A stretch of 64,000 bases of DNA from Spirochaetaceae bacterium (lineage in GTDB: Bacteria; Spirochaetota; Spirochaetia; DSM-2461), in assembly GCA_051531975.1 (NCBI GenBank), contig JAOPTT010000006.1, forward strand, positions 462,977 to 526,976, given 5' to 3'. The notes below the pieces were generated by a model. The model did not search any database and was not told the DNA's origin. It was given only the letters and a program-made list of their open reading frames with translations. This document shows positions 39,033 through 49,292 of this stretch, in pieces (position 1 is the first letter of the stretch; the number at the start of each line of letters is the position of its first letter). The position numbers and the translations under genes are program-made.

Positions 39033-40205
39033 CTAAGATCTATAATCATTTTGAAAGATATCTTTTACAGATATCAAATCTTTTTTATTTGACATAAAAC
39101 GCTTTATTGCATTTTGAACTTCTAAGGACTCACTTTTATATGAAGATATTTTTCTAGAAGCAATACTTATAGCATTTTGAACTAATAATTGTCTTCTATT
39201 ATCTGCACTATATAACTTTTCTAGTTTCAACCTTTGTTCTAAAGGACTATTGTGATATTTAGCTGAAATTTCAAATATTTGAGCAGCTAATATAACAGAA
39301 AAAGTATGAGCAAAAAGCATAGCAACATAATAAACACTTCGAACACGACCAATTCTATCAGTTATAAATGCTTCTAAATTAGAGCTTAGATTAAGATTAC
39401 TTGTTTGGGCTGTAGTAGAACCATGAAATAAAATATAGAAGCCCATATATGTAAATATTTCTTGAGCATCATCCCCTCTTTGACTAATAAAAAAAGTCAT
39501 GAAATCTGTCAGAAAGTCAATAAATTTCTTATTGTTTCTACCTAGACAGAGTGCTAATACTTGTGGATTAATACGTCTTTTTTTAATTGCATCGGTAATT
39601 ATTGATGAAACAGCATCTTCATTAATACTTTTACCATTAATTTTTTTAATATTATGAGCATTTAGGTTAAATGCCTTTACTGCTAATTGGTATAGTTCAG
39701 TTGGATAATCGATATCTTCATTAACTATACTATTAGATGTGTTATTTGTTGAAGAATTACTAAGCTGATTTATCTTTATAAGATTGTAATATAGCAGTAC
39801 ATCATTAGAACTTAACCCAATAGATTCTTTTATTAATGTATCCATTATATGTTTCTGTTTTATACTATCAAGTTTAACTAAATCTAATCCTTCTAAGTGG
39901 GATCTAAAAATATCTTTATTAATCAAAATTTTCTCTTCTGGTAAAAATGAAGAGAGCTGTTCTTCCGTTGTTATATCTCTACTAAAACCTCGACTTAATA
40001 ACATTGGTTGACTTATATCTGCATTATTATTCCCACTCTCTCTACATTTATTGTTCCAAATATCTTGAAATAATTTATATGAACTTTTGCTGTCACCTGG
40101 AAGAATTGTTGCAATTTTTTTAAATAATTGTTCAGCGCTTATCTTTTCACTTAATATAGAGTCAGTTAAATAACTTCCTAATTGGACAATATCTTTCTTA
40201 TCCAT
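39033..40205 (-). CDS. Hypothetical protein (390 aa, likely soluble and helical)
   Basis: Long ORF translationally coupled (TAATG) to the kinase gene; no recognised motif. Confidence 0.75.
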   Translation of the reverse strand: MDKKDIVQLGSYLTDSILSEKISAEQLFKKIATILPGDSKSSYKLFQDIWNNKCRESGNNNADISQPMLLSRGFSRDITTEEQLSSFLPEEKILINKDIFRSHLEGLDLVKLDSIKQKHIMDTLIKESIGLSSNDVLLYYNLIKINQLSNSSTNNTSNSIVNEDIDYPTELYQLAVKAFNLNAHNIKKINGKSINEDAVSSIITDAIKKRRINPQVLALCLGRNNKKFIDFLTDFMTFFISQRGDDAQEIFTYMGFYILFHGSTTAQTSNLNLSSNLEAFITDRIGRVRSVYYVAMLFAHTFSVILAAQIFEISAKYHNSPLEQRLKLEKLYSADNRRQLLVQNAISIASRKISSYKSESLEVQNAIKRFMSNKKDLISVKDIFQNDYRS

Positions 40206-42166
40206 TAAGCTTTTAATAAAATTCTGAATTCACAGAATTTCCCTACTGAAGATTTAATATTTAGTTTACCACCTGCATTATCTACATAATTTTTTATCAC
40301 ATTCATACCTACCCCTTGCCCTGCGAGATTATCAATATCATCTACTGTTGAAAACCCAGGGTTAAATATTAACTTAACTGCATCAGAAGACTTTAATTTT
40401 CTTGCTATTTCTACTGTTATTATATCTTTTTTTATAGCAGATTTAACAATTTTATTAAGATTTAAGCCTCTTCCATCATCTCTATAGATAAATTCTAATA
40501 CATTTTCCTTCTTTTTTAAAGAAATAAATATCTTTCCAGTAGGTTCTTTACCTTTTGAAAATCTTTCTTCAACATCTTCTATACCATGAGCAACAGAATT
40601 TCTAACAAATTGGTTTATAGAATCTTTGAATAATCTCCTATATTTTTCTGGAATTAATTTATTATCATATTGTGTTACATCTAGCTCTAACTCTCTATTA
40701 TATTCAACACCTAGTCGAACTAAAGATTTTTTTAATGACTCTTCAAAAATATATTTTTTATTTTTTATCTCTCCGCCAGCTTGTCCTTTGAAAGCAATAA
40801 TTTTTTCAATTAAAACATTAATTCCATCTAAATCATGTTTTAAATCTGCTAAATTAACTGTTAGTTTTAAAAGTTCACGCCATGTTGGTTTAGTATTACG
40901 TAATTCTTTAATATAGTCTTCAAAATCTTTTAGTTTATTTGCAATAGTTTTTAACCCTAATAACATAGCGTTACCTTTAATACTATGAACAGATGCAAAA
41001 ATATGGTTTATCAATTTACTGGTTTCATTAGTTTCAACTTTAAGGAAATCGTTTATTATACTTATTTCATCATGAGAATCTTTTAAAAATTCTTCCATTA
41101 GCTCTGGGTTAACATGGATTATTTGGAATAAACTTTCCATATTTTTTAAACTTTCATTTTCCTCTCTTGTTAACCGTTCTTCTAATAATACTTGAGTTGT
41201 AACATCTTTAAAAAGACCTAATATCTGTATCTCTCCATTTTTTAATAATATTCTTTCAAAATTGAATTCTAACCAAACTTGTGATTTCTCTGCATTTTCA
41301 CCATCGAAGTTCATTAATACTTTTTCAATTGGGTTAATTGAAGTTAAAAGTGTTGGATTAACTGTTTTATTATAAAACAATTCTAGATAATCTTTAGTTG
41401 CAATATAATCCCTTTGTGGGAGTTTACCTTTAATCAATTCCATAAAAGAATGGGATACAGTTGTTGATCCAAAAAGATTATTAAAATATGTTGATCGTTC
41501 ATCTGCTAAATTTAGATTTTCATCCAATAAAAATATACCCTGTTTAACATTATTTAATATCATAGTAGTTTGTCGTCTTTTAGCTACGAGGTTATCTGAA
41601 GTTTGCTCTAATTTATTAAATGCTTGAATACGTATTAATTCAAACGCAACAGTAAAAAGAGTTACTCCAATATATGCTCCGATAGCCCTACCACCCATTG
41701 CGACATTAACAGGGAGAGCTTCTAAACCAGTAATTTTAAATATAAGGAAATATGCTAGAATTCCAAAAATGAGGGTTAAAATGGATCCATGGATAATTCC
41801 AAGAAAAAATATCGATACTAACGGGAATAACATGATCCAAAAATAACCAGCTTTTTCTGATCCACTAGTGAATATCAACAACGCAAACAGTGTAAAAGCA
41901 ATATAACTTACATAAGTAGTACCTATTATTAGTTTTTTTGTTATGCCTACTAAAATTATAGAAATAGTTATTGTTATGGCTGTGATCCCTGTGAAAATTG
42001 AAATCAGGTAGGATTCCTCTATTATATCAACGACTGTAAAAGTTATTAAAATGATAACACTTATTAACGAAATACTACTTAAAACGGCACTTCGAGATCT
42101 TTCTTTTAAACCAGAATTTTCGGTACAACCAATATATAAAAATGATAAAAATGGATTCTTTTTCAC
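40205..42166 (-). CDS. Membrane-anchored CheA-like histidine kinase (TM region, PAS-like, Hpt, HATPase; no CheW domain)
   Basis: About 6 TM helices; ILNNVKQGIFLLD; Hpt VHSIKGNA; VRNSVAHGIE, DDGRGL, IFNPGFST, GQGVGM. The protein ends right after the ATPase domain. Confidence 0.88.
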   Translation of the reverse strand: MKKNPFLSFLYIGCTENSGLKERSRSAVLSSISLISVIILITFTVVDIIEESYLISIFTGITAITITISIILVGITKKLIIGTTYVSYIAFTLFALLIFTSGSEKAGYFWIMLFPLVSIFFLGIIHGSILTLIFGILAYFLIFKITGLEALPVNVAMGGRAIGAYIGVTLFTVAFELIRIQAFNKLEQTSDNLVAKRRQTTMILNNVKQGIFLLDENLNLADERSTYFNNLFGSTTVSHSFMELIKGKLPQRDYIATKDYLELFYNKTVNPTLLTSINPIEKVLMNFDGENAEKSQVWLEFNFERILLKNGEIQILGLFKDVTTQVLLEERLTREENESLKNMESLFQIIHVNPELMEEFLKDSHDEISIINDFLKVETNETSKLINHIFASVHSIKGNAMLLGLKTIANKLKDFEDYIKELRNTKPTWRELLKLTVNLADLKHDLDGINVLIEKIIAFKGQAGGEIKNKKYIFEESLKKSLVRLGVEYNRELELDVTQYDNKLIPEKYRRLFKDSINQFVRNSVAHGIEDVEERFSKGKEPTGKIFISLKKKENVLEFIYRDDGRGLNLNKIVKSAIKKDIITVEIARKLKSSDAVKLIFNPGFSTVDDIDNLAGQGVGMNVIKNYVDNAGGKLNIKSSVGKFCEFRILLKA

Positions 42167-42184
42167 TTATGTTACATCCTTTAA

Positions 42185-42655
42185 TTACTTTATGATATTT
42201 TCTAAACCTACTGATACATAAAAAATCCCCTCAGAGAGTTCAAAAGGAATTGTTATTATTGGAATATTACTTGAGGGCCATGCTATTTTATGTGATGTCC
42301 CTTGCACAATTGATGGAAGAGAAATAACTAGTCTAAATTGTTCTAAACCTTTCTTAGCATTTCCTGCAATAATATTAACAACTTCTCCTGTAGAATCAAT
42401 TACATCATCATCAATATCTAGTATATCATAACCAACTAACTTCTGGGTTAACATAATAATTAGTTCTTTTGGAAAACTTAATGTTATGACACCTTTAGTC
42501 TCTCCTGCAATTCCAATAACTGCCGAAAGATCCCATCCTAAATCCTCTTCTTTACTAAATAGAAATGGATTTTTCATTATTGGTGTTTCATTATAAAATT
42601 CTTTAAAAATATTAATTGTAGCCTCAATAAAAGGTTCAATGTATTTTGTATCCAT
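42185..42655 (-). CDS. cheX: Chemotaxis phosphatase CheX
   Basis: YIEPFI, SAVIGIAG, active-site GEVVNIIAGN, ISLPSIVQG. Confidence 0.92.
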   Translation of the reverse strand: MDTKYIEPFIEATINIFKEFYNETPIMKNPFLFSKEEDLGWDLSAVIGIAGETKGVITLSFPKELIIMLTQKLVGYDILDIDDDVIDSTGEVVNIIAGNAKKGLEQFRLVISLPSIVQGTSHKIAWPSSNIPIITIPFELSEGIFYVSVGLENIIK

Positions 42656-42663
42656 GAGCTGTC

Positions 42664-43041
42664 CTACCTTATAGTATCTAATACCTGTGTTATTTTATTT
42701 ACTAAATTACCTTCGCCTAATGGCTTTATTAAATAGTCGTTAACTCCTGCTTTAACAGCTTCTATTACATTATATTTTGCTGCTTCAGAAGTGATCATGA
42801 TTATAGGAAGTTTAGAATATTTTGCCATTGCTCTAAGTTCTTTTACAAGATCAAGACCATTTAAGTGTGGCATATTCCAATCAACAAGTAAGATGTCTAT
42901 TATTTCTCTTTCTAATATATTAAAAGCGTCTATTCCATTAGATGCTTCTACAAATTCAAAAGAATAAGATTTGCTTTGTAATAGTGTATTTTTTACAATA
43001 CTACGCATTATCCGGGAATCATCAACAACTAATACTCTCAT
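42664..43041 (-). CDS. cheY: Single-domain CheY-like response regulator
   Basis: VVDDSRIMR, LVDWNMP, PIIMITSE, GVNDYLIKP. Confidence 0.9.
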   Translation of the reverse strand: MRVLVVDDSRIMRSIVKNTLLQSKSYSFEFVEASNGIDAFNILEREIIDILLVDWNMPHLNGLDLVKELRAMAKYSKLPIIMITSEAAKYNVIEAVKAGVNDYLIKPLGEGNLVNKITQVLDTIR

Positions 43042-43100
43042 AATTATATTTTCCTATTAATATGATTTTTTAAAATACTAGCATATAAAATTAATAACGG

Positions 43101-46100
43101 TCAAATAGTTCTTTCTATTTCATCTAATAACTTTTCAAGTCTAGTATCTGAAACTTTGACTGGAAGTTTTATATTCCCAGCAAATATAGATACACGATAT
43201 TCCTCTAACATGGTTTTATATTGAATAAGCAGATCTAATTTATCTATTGAAGCTGCAGGTGATAGATTGGACATAATATAGTCATATTCATCGTGAAACC
43301 ATTTAATGTCCTTTTGCCTCTCTAAATCTTTAATTAAATTCAGAGATCCTTTATTAATTCTATCGTTTAATCCTTTTAGATATCTTAATAAACTAGTAAA
43401 AGAAATACTTGAAACTATAAAATCTTTAGGCATTAATCTTTCTAATTCGAAGTTTACATCTTCTAAAAACAGTTTTCCTCTTTTTATTAGATTTTTTGAT
43501 ACCCTAGAAAGGCTTTCTCTTACAAGTTTATATTCTGTAAATACTTCAGAGATATCATCATTTAAGTCATTTGCTTTATTTAATAGTAAAGGAGATAATT
43601 CTTCAATAAAATTATTAAATTCAACTTTATTACGTATTTCAATATTAATGTTATTTTTTATTAATCTATAAAAGAACTGAAAATAATAAATTTTCTCTCC
43701 ATCAAAATAGTTAGTTAAAAACCTATTTTCTGCTGTTAATTGAACTTCTGATTTAATTGCTTTTATTTGCTTATTTAAACTATTTAATACTAATAATGCG
43801 GTGCCATCTTTATGTATTCTTTTAGCTTCTTTTTCTCGATCGAATAACAATAATGACGTTGTCTCTTCTACAATTTTTAACCCAGGATAATATTGTATAC
43901 CTTTAATGATAATACTTTTCTCAATTGGTTCGTTAAAATCCCATTTTGTAATATTCGTTCTTTCATAATTTTCTTTAGCTTTTTTTATCTTTTTAATATT
44001 ATGAAGTCTATTAGAATAATCATCATATAATATTTCACCATCTCTACTAGATTTAATTTCCTTACCTCTTGTATCTAATATTGCGATTCGAACTCTTAAG
44101 TGTTCAGGTAATTTTGTATCATCCCATGTATTAACAGGAATATTAAATCTCCAGTTCTGATAAATATAATTACTTAATTGAGTATGAAGGCTTGAAGAAG
44201 TTATCTCCATGTTTTTGATTATATCCTCTGCAGTACTATTAATAGGAATGAGTTTTTTTCTATATTCTTTTGGTAATCCTTTTATTAAAGCAGTAATTCT
44301 CTCTTTTAAAAGGCCTGGTACAGCCATCTCTAGTCGTTCTTTAGGAACATCCATAGCTACAGTAGCTGGAACTTTTATAGTAACTCCATCTAACTCTTTA
44401 CCAGGATCAAAATGATAATCAATTTTAAAGGTAGATTCACCTATGGTATAGGTATCAGGAAATTCATTTAATCCTCCAGGAATTTCTGAATAAAGATCTT
44501 CCTCTTTCATTCTAAGGAATTTATCTCCACCTTGTTTTCTAATTAGAGATGTTAACTCGTTTAAAGAAGAGACATTTTGAATTCTAGAGTCATAAAAATT
44601 ATCTATAGAACTTTGATCTACTAGTATGTTTCTTTGTCTTAATTTATCTTCCATTTTTGATATTTTTTCGATTAAAGTTAGGTTAAAATCTAAAAAACCA
44701 TACTCTTTTCTCTGTTTTGGTGTTAGTTCACCTTCAACAAGGCATGATTTGATAAATATTTTTGTAGATTCTTGTTTATTATATTGTCCATAGGATACGT
44801 CTCGATTATAAACAATAGGTAATCCAAAAAGAGATACCCTTTCTAATGCCCTAACCTCACCTAACTCAACACTATAATAGGGTGCTGAGTAACTTTTTTT
44901 ACATAGATTTTCACCTAACCTCTCAAGCCACTCTACATCAATATTACCTACAGTTCTTAAAAACAGTCTACTAGTTTTAACTTGTTCATATGAGCAAACC
45001 CACTCTCCTGATGAGTTGAAAATACCAGACCCTGGATAAATCATACCCTCTCGATCTTTAGTTAACCTGTAAAAATTTTTCTCTTTTTTTAATGCTATGG
45101 TACTTAAATACCCTGCTAATATTGACCTATGGATTCTTCCATAATTATTATTTAGTTCTTTATTTGTCCAGTCTTCTTTAGGTAATGTTGTCTGTTTTAT
45201 ATTGTTTTCTTTGTTTTGTACTAAAAGCTGTCTATAAATATCACTCCACTCTCTCATTCTTTTATACGATATAAAATTTGTTTTACACCATTTTTTAATT
45301 TTTCCATTAGTACTGCTTTTTTGTTTCTTCTGTAACTGGTATTCATTCCAAATATTTAAAAGAGTTAAAAAGTCTGATTCAGGATGTTTAAATTTTGCCT
45401 GTCTCTCATCTGCTAGCCCTGATTGTTCTTTTGGTCTATTTCTTGGGTCATGCACGGATACTACTGCAGCTAATGCTGTTATTTCTTCAACACAACCCTC
45501 TATTTTTGCTTCTAATATCATTCTAGAGTCTCTTGGATCAATTGGATATTTCGACATTATTAAACCATATTGAGTCAAATGCCACAGATCTTTTACTTTT
45601 TTTATTGCTCCTAGCTCAATTAAAAGATCATATCCATCTTTAATTCCTGAGTTTGAAGGAGAATCTATAAATGGAAAGTTTTTTACATCATTTAATTTTA
45701 ATGCAATCATTCTCATGATAACTTCGGCTAAATTGGTTCGTTGAATTTCTGGCGGAGTAAACAGTGATCTTTTATTAAAATCAGCTTCTGAATATAAACG
45801 AATACAGATACCATTTTCTATTCTACCACAACGTCCTTTTCTCTGGTCAGCACTACTACGAGATATTGGGGATACAGGTAAACCCATTGTTCTTGTTTGT
45901 GGAGAGTACTGAGAAATTCTTGCAACACCAGAGTCAACAACATATTTAATACCTGGAATAGTCAAAGATGTTTCTGCTATATTTGTAGATACTATAACCT
46001 TACGACTATTTGTTTGTTTAAATACAGCTCTTTGTTCACTTTGAGTTAATCTAGCATACAGTGGTAGCAGTTCTACTTTACCATTATATCTTTTAGTTAA

Positions 46101-47006
46101 CTGATCGATACAGTCTCTAATATCCTGCTCAGTTGGTAAAAATGTTAAAATATCTCCACTATTTGTACTATCTAATAAATCAGAGGTTGCATTAGCAGTT
46201 CTTTCACCAAAACTTAATTCTAAATCCTCTTTCTCTTCTTCTTTGTAAATAACTTCAACAGGATATGTTCTTCCAGTTACTTCAATAACAGGAGCATCAT
46301 TAAATGCCTTTGAAAATTTCTCCGTATCAATTGTTGCGGAAGTTATAATAATTTTAAGATCTTTTCTTTTTTTTATTAAGTCTCGTAAGATACCAATAAT
46401 AAAATCGATATTAAGACTTCTTTCATGTGCTTCATCTATAATGATACAGTCATAGTTATTTAAAAATCTATCACCCTGAGTTTCTGCTAATAACATTCCG
46501 TCTGTTAAAACTTTTATATATCCGTCTTTAGAAAATTCTTCTCCAAATCTAATTTTATATCCAACATCTTTTCCAAGTGGAGTTTTTAACTCCTCAGCAA
46601 GTCTAGTTGCAACAGATATGGCAGCTATTCTTCTAGGTTGTGTACAAGCGATAATACCACTCTCTCCACAACCTGCCTCAAGGCAAAATTTTGGTATCTG
46701 AGTTGTTTTTCCTGATCCAGTCTGACCAGAAATAATTACAACCTGGTTTGTTCTAATTGTTTTTACAATTTCATCTCTTCTTTTTGTTACTGGTAGATCA
46801 TTATTGTAATACAATTTAGGTTTTTTATTTACTCTGGATATTCTTAAATCTATTGACTTTTGAATTCTTTTATCTAGTTCTAAAAGTTTTAATTCATTAG
46901 GATTTTTTTCAAGTTTTTTAAGATCTCTGAATAGATAATACCAATCCCTTTTATATACTTTATTAAGTTTATTATAAACTTTGTTATTGTTATTCATAAA
47001 ATACAT
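43101..47006 (-). CDS. hrpA: ATP-dependent RNA helicase HrpA
   Basis: GQTGSGKTTQ, TQPRR, DEAHERS, SAT, TNIAETSLT, QRKGRCGR; C-terminal LEEYRVSIF. Confidence 0.97.
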   Translation of the reverse strand: MYFMNNNNKVYNKLNKVYKRDWYYLFRDLKKLEKNPNELKLLELDKRIQKSIDLRISRVNKKPKLYYNNDLPVTKRRDEIVKTIRTNQVVIISGQTGSGKTTQIPKFCLEAGCGESGIIACTQPRRIAAISVATRLAEELKTPLGKDVGYKIRFGEEFSKDGYIKVLTDGMLLAETQGDRFLNNYDCIIIDEAHERSLNIDFIIGILRDLIKKRKDLKIIITSATIDTEKFSKAFNDAPVIEVTGRTYPVEVIYKEEEKEDLELSFGERTANATSDLLDSTNSGDILTFLPTEQDIRDCIDQLTKRYNGKVELLPLYARLTQSEQRAVFKQTNSRKVIVSTNIAETSLTIPGIKYVVDSGVARISQYSPQTRTMGLPVSPISRSSADQRKGRCGRIENGICIRLYSEADFNKRSLFTPPEIQRTNLAEVIMRMIALKLNDVKNFPFIDSPSNSGIKDGYDLLIELGAIKKVKDLWHLTQYGLIMSKYPIDPRDSRMILEAKIEGCVEEITALAAVVSVHDPRNRPKEQSGLADERQAKFKHPESDFLTLLNIWNEYQLQKKQKSSTNGKIKKWCKTNFISYKRMREWSDIYRQLLVQNKENNIKQTTLPKEDWTNKELNNNYGRIHRSILAGYLSTIALKKEKNFYRLTKDREGMIYPGSGIFNSSGEWVCSYEQVKTSRLFLRTVGNIDVEWLERLGENLCKKSYSAPYYSVELGEVRALERVSLFGLPIVYNRDVSYGQYNKQESTKIFIKSCLVEGELTPKQRKEYGFLDFNLTLIEKISKMEDKLRQRNILVDQSSIDNFYDSRIQNVSSLNELTSLIRKQGGDKFLRMKEEDLYSEIPGGLNEFPDTYTIGESTFKIDYHFDPGKELDGVTIKVPATVAMDVPKERLEMAVPGLLKERITALIKGLPKEYRKKLIPINSTAEDIIKNMEITSSSLHTQLSNYIYQNWRFNIPVNTWDDTKLPEHLRVRIAILDTRGKEIKSSRDGEILYDDYSNRLHNIKKIKKAKENYERTNITKWDFNEPIEKSIIIKGIQYYPGLKIVEETTSLLLFDREKEAKRIHKDGTALLVLNSLNKQIKAIKSEVQLTAENRFLTNYFDGEKIYYFQFFYRLIKNNINIEIRNKVEFNNFIEELSPLLLNKANDLNDDISEVFTEYKLVRESLSRVSKNLIKRGKLFLEDVNFELERLMPKDFIVSSISFTSLLRYLKGLNDRINKGSLNLIKDLERQKDIKWFHDEYDYIMSNLSPAASIDKLDLLIQYKTMLEEYRVSIFAGNIKLPVKVSDTRLEKLLDEIERTI

Positions 47007-47069
47007 TATGACAAAGTTAAAAGGAATTGACTAGTAATTATATTTTATATTTTTGTTCATTAATATGTT

Positions 47070-48230
47070 CTAGATTTTTTTATATCTTTTTAAAAGAATT
47101 AAAACAGGTATACCAATTAAAGCACATAATCCAAAAATCTGATATGTGAAATCAATTGAGTACATATCTGATATCTTTCCAGCTATAATTAACATAATTG
47201 ATGTTATACCAAAGTTTAGAGTTATAAAAATACCATTTGCCGTTGTTGGAAACTTAAAACCTCTGCTTTGTATTAGTGTGTATATTGCAGGCATAGATGC
47301 AAATGAGAAGAAACCTATTAAAATTAACATTGGGTATAGTGGTAAACTTGGTATTGTTACAAAAAGAACAATAAACAATGTTGCTCCAGATAATACAATA
47401 TACAATATTTTTTTTGGACCAATTTTATCAATAATGAAACCAACTACGACTACTCCTAAAACAGTAGAAGCCTGAACTATTGAAAGTGCGGCATTAGAAG
47501 TTAATAAAGACTCTCCTTTACTTTGTAAATAAAGTGGTAAAAAACTTTTCATTATTGTAGAAATTAATGATTTCTGAATTGATATACCAATAATAATTAA
47601 AAAAACACCTCTTCCTTCTTTTATTGTTTCAATTATAGATCCCTTCTTTTTTTCTTTTGCAGTCAATGATACATCGATTTTATTAAATGCAAAATAAAAG
47701 CCAAGGGATACTAACATTGAGATAGGTATTAAATAGTACATATTTTTAATACCAATAGTAGCAATTATTAATACGATTATCATTGGTCCTAAGGTTCTAG
47801 CAGCTTCTCCACCAATTTGAAACGATGTCATTGCAGCGCCAATACGATTTGGTGCTGATCTTTTTAGTAAAGTTGGAGCAGGTACATGAAAACCTGCAGC
47901 ACTTAATCCTGAGATAAAAACTAGTAATAATATCATATAATAATTAGGAGCTATTCCTAATAAGGTAATTGCAATTGAAGTGATTAATGGACAAAATATA
48001 ACAAACCATTTTGGATTATGTTTTTCTGCAAATCCTGCAATATTTGCGCTTAATAAAGATGGTATCCTTACAGCAATTAATATCCACCCTGTTTGAAGAT
48101 AATCCAGTTCAAAGGTTTGTTTTAAGACTGGCATAAGTGGTGTAACAAAAGCTGTAAAAATATCATGCCAAAAATGCCCAAAAGAGACTAAACCAATAAT
48201 GGATATAGCCCTTAATTTATCTCGATTCAT
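47070..48230 (-). CDS. MFS transporter (Fsr-like)
   Basis: About 12 TM segments; GHFWHD, AGFHVPA, IDKIGPK. Confidence 0.88.
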   Translation of the reverse strand: MNRDKLRAISIIGLVSFGHFWHDIFTAFVTPLMPVLKQTFELDYLQTGWILIAVRIPSLLSANIAGFAEKHNPKWFVIFCPLITSIAITLLGIAPNYYMILLLVFISGLSAAGFHVPAPTLLKRSAPNRIGAAMTSFQIGGEAARTLGPMIIVLIIATIGIKNMYYLIPISMLVSLGFYFAFNKIDVSLTAKEKKKGSIIETIKEGRGVFLIIIGISIQKSLISTIMKSFLPLYLQSKGESLLTSNAALSIVQASTVLGVVVVGFIIDKIGPKKILYIVLSGATLFIVLFVTIPSLPLYPMLILIGFFSFASMPAIYTLIQSRGFKFPTTANGIFITLNFGITSIMLIIAGKISDMYSIDFTYQIFGLCALIGIPVLILLKRYKKI

Positions 48231-48970
48231 AAATGTCCAGTTAAAACCTTGTTACCTGTTTCTGTTATTAAAACCATATGTTCACACCGTGATGAAAGTT
48301 TTCCATCCCGGGTTTTTGTTACCCAGTTTCGATCTGTGATAGCTCGTCGACCTTGATTAATCATCGGCTCAATACAAAATATCATTCCAGGCTTTAAAAC
48401 TTCACCAACTCCAGGTGTACCATGATTAGTAACTGAAGGAGATTCATGCATATCTAAACCTATGAAGTGACCACTGTATTCGCGAACAACAGTATAGCCA
48501 TTTGATTCAGCATGACTTTGTATTGCATAACCTACATCACCTAATGTATTTCCTGGAATTGCTGCTTTAATGCCATTAAACAGACATTCCTCGGTAGTAT
48601 CAATTAACTTTTGTGCATCTTTAGATATTTTACCTACCCCAATAGTTCTAGAACAATCTGAATAATAACCATTTCTTTCTATAACTAAATCAATATCAAC
48701 AATATCTCCCTCTAACAGTTCCCTATCGTTAGGGATACCATGGGTTACATATTCATTAACAGATATACAACTTACACATGGGAAGCCATAATAACCTTTA
48801 CATGGGCCACTTACACCCATTTTATTCATCTCTTCTTCTATTAATCTATCTAATTCCAATGTTGTAATACCTGGTTTAACCCAAGACAGACTTTTGTTAA
48901 TTAAATCTGTAATAAGTTCTGCCATTATTGAAATTTCTTTTATCTCTTTAGTTGTTTTAATCATCGCCAT
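48227..48970 (-). CDS. map: Methionine aminopeptidase type I
   Basis: CISVNE..THGIP, DIVDID, GYYSD, GHFIG..MHESP, IEPMIN, EHMVLIT. Confidence 0.97.
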   Translation of the reverse strand: MAMIKTTKEIKEISIMAELITDLINKSLSWVKPGITTLELDRLIEEEMNKMGVSGPCKGYYGFPCVSCISVNEYVTHGIPNDRELLEGDIVDIDLVIERNGYYSDCSRTIGVGKISKDAQKLIDTTEECLFNGIKAAIPGNTLGDVGYAIQSHAESNGYTVVREYSGHFIGLDMHESPSVTNHGTPGVGEVLKPGMIFCIEPMINQGRRAITDRNWVTKTRDGKLSSRCEHMVLITETGNKVLTGHL

Positions 48971-49009
48971 AATATAAAACTACAACAAAGTTATATCTTA
49001 GTCTATAAC

Positions 49010-49240
49010 CTAGGAATCAAGACTTAGTGTTTGTGCTTTTGCCATTAATCTAATTATTAAATTATCAAAGCTTCTAGTTAATCTCATCTGCTTATATATT
49101 GATCGAAGTTCCTTGTTTGCAATACTCTGTGTTATACCACCAATTTTGTATAACTTAATAACTCTTTGTTGTTGTAAATGCAGTGTTGCATACCATTTTA
49201 TTACAAAATATTCAGTACTTTTTAATATGTCTCTAATCAT
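49010..49240 (-). CDS. Hypothetical basic 76-aa protein
   Basis: ATG at 49240 with AAGGAG 6 nt upstream; directly downstream of the WYL gene. Confidence 0.6.
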   Translation of the reverse strand: MIRDILKSTEYFVIKWYATLHLQQQRVIKLYKIGGITQSIANKELRSIYKQMRLTRSFDNLIIRLMAKAQTLSLDS

Positions 49241-49277
49241 TAGTGACTCCTTCTGCAAACAATTTAACAAAGCGATG

Positions 49278-49292
49278 CGAAGGGTTGGTTCG
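49278..49292. promoter_or_regulatory. Candidate WYL-regulator binding site CGAA-N7-TTCG
   Basis: Palindromic half-sites in the 52-nt gap between the WYL gene and the small ORF, upstream of TGtTAAATT on the minus strand. Confidence 0.4.

Noticed and set aside
37718..43041. The che-VSD operon as an island integrated at tRNA-Phe
   Set aside because: No integrase, and I saw no distal duplicate of the tRNA 3' end. The tttggtggca match at 37411 is inside fliG on the wrong side.
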